The notes under the pieces: model-generated
The model's database searches: none
What the model saw: the letters and a program-made list of their open reading frames with translations, nothing else
Told to the model about the DNA's origin: nothing
Assembly: GCA_964490245.1 (NCBI GenBank)
Contig: CAZBAF010000005.1
Location: 3,216-67,215 of the forward strand
Source of the DNA: an uncultured Candidatus Saccharibacteria bacterium
GTDB lineage: Bacteria; Patescibacteriota; Saccharimonadia; Saccharimonadales; JACDBH01
DNA: 64,000 nucleotides
Reading direction: 5' to 3'
In this document: positions 20,420 through 27,851 of the stretch, one piece after another
How positions within the stretch are numbered: position 1 is the first letter of the stretch
Layout: every line of letters starts with the position of its first letter
Position numbers and translations under genes: made by a program

Positions 20420-21231
20420 GCGAATTCTTTCCCGGAGATTTATCATCGCACGAATCCCGCTACGATCCACAAGAGTGGCAGAAGGAGTTCAAAGACGTTG
20501 TTGAGATAGTCGGTAATGCCCTTGGCAGTTCCGGGGCAATGTTGGCGAAATATGCCCACATCAGACTAGTTAGTGGCGACGAAGCTTTTTCGCCATTTCC
20601 GGATTTTAAGTTCATCGATAATAACGAGATTGAAGTAACCTGTAATACTGAAGCGTTTGAAGAATGGGAACGCGCAATCGGGCATGTGCCCGGCGTGGGC
20701 TACGCTGGTACAAGGCGCCTGTATTTGGCTGCGGCTGCCGCGCCGGTAGAACTGGCATTTGCAGCCAAGACAGCCAATGTTGAGCGTAATTTCGTTTCGC
20801 GTAGCCGGTCGATGAGGCGGTCCAAAGAAATAATGGAGAAACTCGATACAAAAGAAGAGCTCCTGCATCGGGCGTGGATTCTCGAATCAGAGCACGGTTT
20901 CGTGGGTGCGAGGGAAGCCATAGAATCGAACCTAAATGAAAGGCAAGTAGTAGAACTTAACTTGCTGCGCTACGGTCTTGGCGTTGCCTTCTATGCGCTG
21001 GAAATCGAACCAGAGTTGCAAGCGGATATAACAGAAGCTTTTAGGCAGACTCTGAAGGCAGAGCTGGAGAATTATGAAGAGACATTAATGGAATTCATGA
21101 TTGCATTTGCCCAGAGATATCCTTATGACGATATTGTTGAGAAGTACAAAACAGCCAAAAGAAACGCTTTTCCAGAGTTTCTGTTCGCGGGTACTATTCC
21201 GTTGGGCTACGATGGTGGCGCCAGCCGTTGA
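20416..21231 (+). CDS. hypothetical protein (271 aa)
   Basis: Its ATG overlaps the stop of the trmD remnant (ATGA). No motif recognised. Confidence 0.6.
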   Translation: MSEFFPGDLSSHESRYDPQEWQKEFKDVVEIVGNALGSSGAMLAKYAHIRLVSGDEAFSPFPDFKFIDNNEIEVTCNTEAFEEWERAIGHVPGVGYAGTRRLYLAAAAAPVELAFAAKTANVERNFVSRSRSMRRSKEIMEKLDTKEELLHRAWILESEHGFVGAREAIESNLNERQVVELNLLRYGLGVAFYALEIEPELQADITEAFRQTLKAELENYEETLMEFMIAFAQRYPYDDIVEKYKTAKRNAFPEFLFAGTIPLGYDGGASR

Positions 21232-21233
21232 GA

Positions 21234-22277
21234 TTATTTTGACGACATATCGGCAAGGACTTTTTCGTAAGCTGCTACGTATTGCTCGGACATAATCTTG
21301 TAATTAAACTTTTCGCGGAAGCTTCTAGCCACTATGGCACGGTCGAGCTTGAAACATTCCTCTAACCGGTGGAAGCCTTCCATAAAATCTTCAACCAGTA
21401 TGCCCGTCTTGCTGTCTTTAATAAGTTCTGGTAGTGCGCCGCGGGCGATGGCTAGCGTTGGTGTGCCGCAATATGCGGCCTCTAACACATTTAGTCCAAA
21501 AGGTTCCCGGAAGGTGGTGGGGTGCAGATTGCACTTTGCGTTGCTGAGCAGCTTTATCTTTTCCTCGAATCCGAGCTCGCCCAAGTATTCTACGAGCGGA
21601 TGTTTGAAGTAGGGCTCGATTTCTTTCTTGAAGTATTCTTCGCCCTTGAAGTCTATTTTCCCAGCCAGTTTGATCTTTATTTTTGCTGCCAGCGCTAGTT
21701 GGATGGCAAGATGAGGGTTTTTGTCCCGATCGAACCGGCCCAAGAAACAGACATAATTTTTTGGCTTGGCCACAAAGGGGAATTTATTCGGATCCTCACC
21801 GTTATATACATTGGCAACATAATTCAGCGAAGGAAATGATTTTTGCTGGTTGTGTGAGATTGATATATAGGGCAAAGCTTTTCGCTTGACGTAATACCCG
21901 ATCTGTCCGAACTCAAAAGGATTATGCAGTGTGGTGAGGTTTGGGAAGTCCCGGAATCCCCACATGTCAAAACCGTGCGAATGGATAATGTCAATGCGGG
22001 GCAGAAGCTCTCGCAATTTGTGGGCGATTACTTTGTTGATCCGTTTCAGGGCAGCTTCGTATGCGGGCACTTCGCTGCTGGTACGAGGGAAAAAGAGGTG
22101 GGTTTTTGCAATGGGGATAATTTCGCAATCAATAGTAGAGTCCGCCGTTCCAAGCAGTATGGGTTCATGCCCCATTTCCTTGAGTCCGGTGATAAGATGA
22201 TAAATTACTTGTTCGGTACCACCATATTTGACTGGTGGAATAGGTAAGCAAGGCGCAGCTACAACACCGACACGCAC
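21234..22277 (-). CDS. glycosyltransferase family 4
   Basis: The C-terminal EPFGLNVLEAAYCGTPTLA motif of GT4/GT-B enzymes. Confidence 0.85.
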   Translation of the reverse strand: MRVGVVAAPCLPIPPVKYGGTEQVIYHLITGLKEMGHEPILLGTADSTIDCEIIPIAKTHLFFPRTSSEVPAYEAALKRINKVIAHKLRELLPRIDIIHSHGFDMWGFRDFPNLTTLHNPFEFGQIGYYVKRKALPYISISHNQQKSFPSLNYVANVYNGEDPNKFPFVAKPKNYVCFLGRFDRDKNPHLAIQLALAAKIKIKLAGKIDFKGEEYFKKEIEPYFKHPLVEYLGELGFEEKIKLLSNAKCNLHPTTFREPFGLNVLEAAYCGTPTLAIARGALPELIKDSKTGILVEDFMEGFHRLEECFKLDRAIVARSFREKFNYKIMSEQYVAAYEKVLADMSSK

Positions 22278-22364
22278 ACACTAACTCCTCTGTCACACAT
22301 AAAGTGATATATACTACTATACTATACCACGGCAGGCCCGTGTGAATTATGCGGTGAAGTTGGC

Positions 22365-23951
22365 CTATTTATTCTTCTCTTGGCGGTTGAGGCGGTAGTG
22401 GTAAGTGGGGTAGCGTGAGCCTAATGTAAATGGATTGATGTATACATTTACCCGCGGCATTACGGCAAGCATTTTTGCTTCTAGCTGTTTTGTCCACGCT
22501 TGCCGCTGGCCGCGGTTTTTTGGCAGCAAGTCTACCCGCAGCGGTTTCGAGAGGATTGCCATTATCGCCGAGACAGTCCATGCCTGAATACGCTCTGGTT
22601 TGTTGGTGCTATTGACTTCTATAACATTCCCGTGGGAATGCTTAACTGGTTGCTTGGTGAGAACCCGGCCGTTTTTGTCCACGAACACAAATTCTTGGTA
22701 ATGCCGGCTCTTGAGGAACACGTTCAATAGGCGGCTCTCCAGTTGTGCCGCCAGCTTTGGAAAGCCCTGGCGTCTTAAACCTTTGGCGATGTCGTATGTT
22801 TCTTTGGGCCAAGATACGAAGGATCCATGATAATCCCAGTGGCCAACAAGATCTGCGGCTTCCAATGAGCGGCTGCGGATACCTGCACGGGTAAGAAAGT
22901 TACTACTTAGTATGTGCTCCACAATTCCCGTAACATACAGCTTCTTGTCTTTTTGGGGCAGACCGTCAAAGAAACCAGTATCCAAGAGTGCGGCCGGGTT
23001 GGCGGTAGTGGTCTGGATAATGCGTAGCTTTCCGTCTGGTCCATAATCGGTACCGAGTGCAAAGTAATTAGCTTCGGGTTGCCAAAGCAATTCTATCGTC
23101 CGGTCACGGACTTTTTGCGCGGCGGCCTGGTAATCTTCTGCTTTTTCGGGGAACAATTTAGCTGCGGTTTGCAGGGCATCGTATGTCAGGCCCTGCACCT
23201 CGATTGATGCGATAGGTGCGTTGTGATTCACGGGCTGTTTATCGGCGTGGATGTAGAATTCGTCAGAATCTTTCCATACTTGATTGAGTATGCTGTGCGG
23301 GTTTTGGTGTTGGAACTCTAATAAGCCAGAACGGGATTCTGCAAGGCGGGAGAAAAGCCAATCTACCGAAGCTTGGGCGGCTTCGGCCATGGTGTAGCCC
23401 ATTCCGTCGTAGCGGATGACAAGGCTTTGCAAGATACGCTTACCGTATAAGTCTACATAACAGCCAAGTGTTCTTAGGAATTGCGGTGTGGCATCAATGG
23501 ATCCGTAGTATCTTAGCTCGTCGTCGGTGCCGCCCCATTTGTCGCTGAGCTCTTTGAATATTTTGCGAGAGGCGTCATTGATTGGCTTTTTATCTACCAA
23601 AGTAGTACGGTATTCGTGGATTATTTTTCCTGGTTCTTCCTCGTTATCTTTGCGGTTTTCGGCTCCTTGCAAACTGGCAAGCGTCATAAGGATATTGCGG
23701 GCCAGCCGCGGTTTGATCCGCATAAGATCCTCGGCAACTTCTAGCGAGTCGCGGCCAAAAACTGCTCCTTTGTACAAAATATCAGAGCTAGCATAGACGC
23801 CTAGACCGGACTTAGAAGTGACACTCCGAAGGGCAAGGGTAGGTATAACTAACGCATTCTCTGGCTGTGTTAAGCCGGCAATAATCGCTTTGACCATAAG
23901 GGCATTATACCTCTCTAAAGTTTTTGTAAAAGTTAAACGGGGCTCTACCAA
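22365..23951 (-). CDS. amylo-alpha-1,6-glucosidase / glycogen-debranching-type (alpha/alpha)6 hydrolase
   Basis: GKIIHEYR...YYGSIDATPQFL pattern. The start is either TTG at 23951 or ATG at 23897. Confidence 0.7.
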   Translation of the reverse strand: MVEPRLTFTKTLERYNALMVKAIIAGLTQPENALVIPTLALRSVTSKSGLGVYASSDILYKGAVFGRDSLEVAEDLMRIKPRLARNILMTLASLQGAENRKDNEEEPGKIIHEYRTTLVDKKPINDASRKIFKELSDKWGGTDDELRYYGSIDATPQFLRTLGCYVDLYGKRILQSLVIRYDGMGYTMAEAAQASVDWLFSRLAESRSGLLEFQHQNPHSILNQVWKDSDEFYIHADKQPVNHNAPIASIEVQGLTYDALQTAAKLFPEKAEDYQAAAQKVRDRTIELLWQPEANYFALGTDYGPDGKLRIIQTTTANPAALLDTGFFDGLPQKDKKLYVTGIVEHILSSNFLTRAGIRSRSLEAADLVGHWDYHGSFVSWPKETYDIAKGLRRQGFPKLAAQLESRLLNVFLKSRHYQEFVFVDKNGRVLTKQPVKHSHGNVIEVNSTNKPERIQAWTVSAIMAILSKPLRVDLLPKNRGQRQAWTKQLEAKMLAVMPRVNVYINPFTLGSRYPTYHYRLNRQEKNK

Positions 23952-23994
23952 GAAACGCCGTTATCTGTTAAAATAGGGCAGTTCCAAAAAATAC

Positions 23995-24142
23995 TGGGGA
24001 TTGGCCATTCGCTGGCTAGCGAAGGTAAGGCAACGGTGAGAACTGCCAGTGGCAGTTTGGAAACGAACCTTCTCTTGAGAACTTGTTTTCAAAGTTGAAG
24101 TTCGGGGGTCGCGGAACGTGACTCTAGGTCCCGTGATCGGGG
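23995..24142 (+). pseudogene. mosaic tRNA-Gln 5' part: three exact tRNA pieces separated by insertions in the D-loop and anticodon loop
   Basis: Pieces 23995-24007, 24024-24036 and 24127-24142 are identical to the intact tRNA-Gln. A 16-nt hairpin (24008-24023) replaces agt, and a 90-nt module (24037-24126) replaces gttct of the anticodon loop. Confidence 0.75.
24037..24126 (+). repeat. structured module I2 (90 nt) in the anticodon-loop position
   Basis: It starts tgagaactgccagtggcagtt and has a long hairpin at 24064-24104 and a small hairpin gtcgcg-gaa-cgtgac. It is a paralogue of 24143-24262. Confidence 0.6.
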
Positions 24143-24262
24143 AGAGACATGCCACTGGCATGTCGCAAGGACATCAACTCTTGAGAACTATGTTCTCAAA
24201 GATGTTGTGTCGGGGTCGCAGGATGTGACGGCGGAACGTCGGTCGAATCCGGGTTCGAACCC
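24143..24262 (+). repeat. left-type structured module I3 (120 nt) in the T-loop position
   Basis: agagacatgccactggcatgtcgcaagg, a long hairpin at 24171-24210, gtcgca-gga-tgtgac, and a terminal ggtcgaa-tccggg-ttcgaacc. It is collinear with 1331-1452. Confidence 0.6.
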
Positions 24263-24289
24263 TTTGTATGTTAAAATCAGAGTAATTAT

Positions 24290-24363
24290 TGGGGATTGGC
24301 CAAGTGGTAAGGCAACGGGTTCTGGTCCCGTGATCGGGGGTTCGAATCCCTCATCCCCAGCCA
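24290..24363 (+). tRNA. tRNA-Gln (anticodon CTG), CCA encoded
   Basis: tggggattggccaagtggtaaggcaacgggttctggtcccgtgatcgggggttcgaatccctcatccccagcca. Confidence 0.9.
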
Positions 24364-24381
24364 AGCATAAGCACTATGAAA
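24358..24381 (+). repeat. 24-bp direct repeat DR1 (tRNA-Gln 3' end plus flank)
   Basis: cagccaagcataagcactatgaaa is identical to 26625-26648. Both copies are followed by a gacttc/gaagtc-type hairpin. Confidence 0.85.
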
Positions 24382-24406
24382 GACTTCCATCAGAGAAGTC
24401 TTTTTG
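24381..24406 (+). terminator. terminator hairpin after tRNA-Gln
   Basis: agacttc-catcaga-gaagtct-tttt. Confidence 0.7.
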
Positions 24407-24423
24407 TTTGTTATGATAATCCT

Positions 24424-24903
24424 ATGTCTTATTCTCAAAAATATTGTTTAGTCTCATTTATTAACCCAATTGGTACTAATACCGAGTTTGATATGACTGA
24501 TTGGCCATTACACGTTACATTGGCTGATGTGTTTGCAATAGATCTTCGCAAAACCAAAATTGAAGCTAAGCTAGAAAAACTATTATCAAGCCATCATCCA
24601 ATTAAAACGCTTGCAGGTATTGAAGCTACTCTAGGAACCACGGAAGTAATCTTGTTAGATAAAACCAAGGAGCTTGATGCTCTACATTCTAGTACGGTTG
24701 ATCTACTTGAGGATAACGGTGCACAATTTAATACTCCGGAATTCACAAGAGGGGGATTTGTGCCTCATTGCACCATTCAGAAGGTGGAGAGGCTACTTAT
24801 GGGTGATGAAGTGATTATTAGAAACATAGCACTCGTTGATATGTTCCCTAATGAAAATTGGCAGCAAAGAAAGATCATTAACATATTCAGATTACAGGAT
24901 TAG
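24424..24903 (+). CDS. 2H phosphoesterase superfamily protein (LigT / 2'-5' RNA ligase-like)
   Basis: Two H-x-T-x motifs (LHVTL and PHCTI) lie about 85 aa apart. The start is moved to the ATG at 24424, past the terminator hairpin. The sequence is AT-rich. Confidence 0.65.
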   Translation: MSYSQKYCLVSFINPIGTNTEFDMTDWPLHVTLADVFAIDLRKTKIEAKLEKLLSSHHPIKTLAGIEATLGTTEVILLDKTKELDALHSSTVDLLEDNGAQFNTPEFTRGGFVPHCTIQKVERLLMGDEVIIRNIALVDMFPNENWQQRKIINIFRLQD

Positions 24904-24949
24904 GCTTAAACTCTGTGATATAGATAGAGTTGCGAAGTACGTCACGTAA

Positions 24950-25012
24950 CCCCAGCCAGCAGCAAATTGAACTAATAGGTTCGAATGAAAGACTTCTTCG
25001 GAAGTCTTTTTT
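24950..25012 (+). repeat. middle att-like unit: ccccagcca (tRNA-Gln end) plus ggttcgaat plus terminator hairpin
   Basis: ccccagcca at 24950-24958, then atgaaagacttc-ttcg-gaagtcttttt, which resembles the segment after DR1. Confidence 0.6.
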
Positions 25013-25042
25013 ATTTGATTGACATAGGTTACATTACTTCAT

Positions 25043-26584
25043 ATGCCCTCTCTCTACATTAATCAGCAAACTGAAGCCGAGAAGGACGATTACTTATTCG
25101 ATTGCTTTCACGACACAGGCGTCATTTCGGAATTGGTTCATTCAAGGTATACAATTTTGGCAGGCCGTAAAGGCATGGGAAAATCAGCAGTCGCAAGATA
25201 TCTTGAAAAGAATGCTGAAAAATACGATCTTGATTTTGTTTTCAAGTTATCGATCCGCAATTTTAACATAAAGCGGTTTGATACTGAAAAGAACACTCTT
25301 GACTCTATTCTGTACTATGTAGTGGTCAAGTCTATACAGAAAATGCTTAATGTTAATTATTTTTCTAATGAAGCAGCCAAATACTGGAAGGACTTTTTAC
25401 TAGATAATGGCCTACAGCAGCTAGCCGATTATGAATCTTTTGTGACCACAAAAAAATCCCGAAAAACTGGGTTTTCTATAAAAGCAGTAGCTTCCTACCT
25501 ATTTGCTAAAGGCGAAGGCAGCACAAAGTTGAATTTCGAAACTGAAAAGCAACGTGCCGAAATTGCCGACTCACCATCTTCTCTATTTGATTCTCTTCGA
25601 CAGAGTATTAATCCTAAACATAAAGTAATCATTTTTATTGATGATATTAGCGATTACCTAGACGAATCTGACAGAAACGTATTATTAAAAGATCTTGCTA
25701 TCATTCAAAACCTTCTATTAAATTTGCAAACCTATAACCTTAATTTTGCAGAGGAGGAGCTGAATCTTCGTTTTGTATCATTGGTTAGAGACGACATCTT
25801 TGAGTACATGGAAGGCTCGAATGTAAATAAATTAAAAACGGATAGCTTGAAACTTGTTTGGGATGAAAAGGCTTTTGCAAGTTTGCTTATTCGACGAATG
25901 CCCTATTTTGCCGACAAGCTAGATGAGGCGCTTGAAAACCCAGTGACTTCACTTAAGGAACGTTTTCCCGATGATATATTTACGGACTTCCTAAAGTCAT
26001 TCTCGACAAACCGATACGGCAGTAACTTCTATGCATACATGGCGGCAATATCATTCAACAGACCCCGTGATTTCCTTCAGTTTTGCTATGCGTTGCGTAA
26101 TCGTTTAAGTTTACGCCACCCTGCAACATTTGAGAACATTGATGCCGCAGAAATCGAATATTCCAATTATTTTATACAGGAACTGCGTGACGAACTATAC
26201 GTAGCTAGCAGGGTTTTTGATTATGACTTTAGTCAGGAGCGCATCGATCACTTAGTAGATATATTGAGTAAGAATGACATGTTTAACTCATCCCAATTAA
26301 AAACAGATCTCTCTGCCTTTATAGGCACAAAGACCAGCATCGGAAATAAAAAAATTGAAGCCTTACTCGCAGAGTTGTGGAGATACGGGGTAATAGGTGT
26401 TTCCGAAAAACCTACTAAATCTATAAAGCCAGCCAAAAAGACTACTCCCGAGAAAACAGAAAAATTAATACTTTTTAAGTATTTATCTGATTCAGCGGTC
26501 TTCACATCAGAGAAAATAAAAAACTACACATTTTACCTACATCGAGGCTTGTGGTGGTTTGCTAAAAAGAGACGAAACGATTAA
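25043..26584 (+). CDS. P-loop NTPase, uncharacterised (513 aa)
   Basis: Walker A GRKGMGKS, Walker B-like VIIFIDDISD, a later RPRD motif, and a long helical C-terminal region. The sequence is AT-rich. Confidence 0.7.
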   Translation: MPSLYINQQTEAEKDDYLFDCFHDTGVISELVHSRYTILAGRKGMGKSAVARYLEKNAEKYDLDFVFKLSIRNFNIKRFDTEKNTLDSILYYVVVKSIQKMLNVNYFSNEAAKYWKDFLLDNGLQQLADYESFVTTKKSRKTGFSIKAVASYLFAKGEGSTKLNFETEKQRAEIADSPSSLFDSLRQSINPKHKVIIFIDDISDYLDESDRNVLLKDLAIIQNLLLNLQTYNLNFAEEELNLRFVSLVRDDIFEYMEGSNVNKLKTDSLKLVWDEKAFASLLIRRMPYFADKLDEALENPVTSLKERFPDDIFTDFLKSFSTNRYGSNFYAYMAAISFNRPRDFLQFCYALRNRLSLRHPATFENIDAAEIEYSNYFIQELRDELYVASRVFDYDFSQERIDHLVDILSKNDMFNSSQLKTDLSAFIGTKTSIGNKKIEALLAELWRYGVIGVSEKPTKSIKPAKKTTPEKTEKLILFKYLSDSAVFTSEKIKNYTFYLHRGLWWFAKKRRND

Positions 26585-26624
26585 GCCAGACTTAAAACTT
26601 GGTTCTAATATTGTCGCTGATGCT

Positions 26625-26648
26625 CAGCCAAGCATAAGCACTATGAAA
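26625..26648 (+). repeat. 24-bp direct repeat DR2
   Basis: Identical to 24358-24381. It is followed by a degenerate hairpin aaaaactt-ttccgg-aagtcttt. Confidence 0.85.
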
Positions 26649-26711
26649 AACTTTTCCGGAAGTCTTTCATTTTATGCTTGTTTATAAAATTATAAATTCT
26701 AGTATGTCGGT

Positions 26712-27119
26712 ATGAGGCCGAGTGTGACCCAGAAGCTGGATTATGGATGTGGTGTTGCCTGCTTTGCCTTTATCTGTGATATGACATTTGAGCAGGCGGT
26801 AGAGTTCTTGGGTAAAGAGTATAGCGTTAAGCATGGCTGGCGCCCAAGTGATCTAGTGATTAAATTGAATGAAAGAGGCTATAAATACAAGAACCGCTAT
26901 GTTCGCAAAAAACCAAACATTACTTTTCCTATCGGAACCATCGTTTTAATTGAGAGGTCAGCAAAGTATCCTGTCGGGCACTACTTGGCTTTGGGCGAAG
27001 GTGGCTGGATGGACCCTTGGATTAATTTGCCTATTTCGAATAATTTATCATTTGCAAAATCAGGGTTTAGGGAAAAACTTCCGGGCAAGGCTATATACGC
27101 CCTTATACCAATTCCATAG
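26712..27119 (+). CDS. papain-fold cysteine peptidase-like protein (C39-like)
   Basis: Q-x5-GCGVAC (oxyanion Gln plus catalytic Cys context), then GHYLAL and a later DPW, which is the order seen in C39-type peptidases. 135 aa. Confidence 0.5.
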   Translation: MRPSVTQKLDYGCGVACFAFICDMTFEQAVEFLGKEYSVKHGWRPSDLVIKLNERGYKYKNRYVRKKPNITFPIGTIVLIERSAKYPVGHYLALGEGGWMDPWINLPISNNLSFAKSGFREKLPGKAIYALIPIP

Positions 27120-27240
27120 CTGAAAGTTGCGAAGTACGTCTACTAAGGGCGGCCAAGTTAAGTGCCCGCTTTCGAGCGGGCTTTTAACTTGGTGCGGATC
27201 AAAGAGCAAGCTGCTTTGCCTTTAGGGTTTCGGCTCGTAA

Positions 27241-27265
27241 GTCGAATCCCCTTATCCGGTGCCGC
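27241..27265 (+). pseudogene. possible degenerate tRNA-Gln 3' part (T-loop to acceptor)
   Basis: gtcgaatccccttatccggtgccg against gttcgaatccc-tcatccccagcca gives a 9-mer plus 8 of 13 matches. It is preceded by a gcaagctgctttgc hairpin like the module hairpins, and it overlaps the last codons of the FMN reductase gene. Confidence 0.3.
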
Positions 27266-27833
27266 GTAGCCTGCGGGTCCATACGCCGAGCGCTCGCATG
27301 AGTTCACTGATTCTTTCCAGGGTAGGCTCGTCGGCCAGTTTGCCGTTATCCATCTTTTCGTGCACGGATGACACCATAACTTCCGGCTTGTTGAGGAGGT
27401 GAACGTTGAGCGATACGCAGACTTGCCGCAGTATGTACTGGGCCCTTGCGCCACCGAACATGCCTGGCGAGGCGCTCATGATAGCACCGGGCTTGTCATC
27501 AAGACTATTGTCTCCGGCGGGCCGGCTTGCCCAATCGAGAACGTTTTTTAAAAAGCCGGGGATTGCATAGTTGTATTCGGGCGTTACGATGAGGATGGCG
27601 CCGGCTGACTGTATCTTTTGTTTAAAATCCTTGACTGCGCTTGGCATTTCCTGTTCCAGTTCCTGGTTGTATAAGGGGAAATCGCCAATCTTGTCATAGA
27701 TTTCTAAAGACATGTCGTCGGGACAGATGTCGGATGATGCCTGAAGTAAGCAGCTTGTCTCTAGCAGGGTTTGATTAAAGGACTCTTCCCGCAAACTGCC
27801 GCCAAACCCTAAAATACGCACCACATCATTCAT
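27252..27833 (-). CDS. NAD(P)H-dependent FMN reductase family oxidoreductase
   Basis: ILGFGGSLREESFN...ILIVTPEYNYAIPGFLKNVLDWASRP. Confidence 0.85.
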   Translation of the reverse strand: MNDVVRILGFGGSLREESFNQTLLETSCLLQASSDICPDDMSLEIYDKIGDFPLYNQELEQEMPSAVKDFKQKIQSAGAILIVTPEYNYAIPGFLKNVLDWASRPAGDNSLDDKPGAIMSASPGMFGGARAQYILRQVCVSLNVHLLNKPEVMVSSVHEKMDNGKLADEPTLERISELMRALGVWTRRLRGTG

Positions 27834-27851
27834 AAACGCTCCGCGTGCTGC

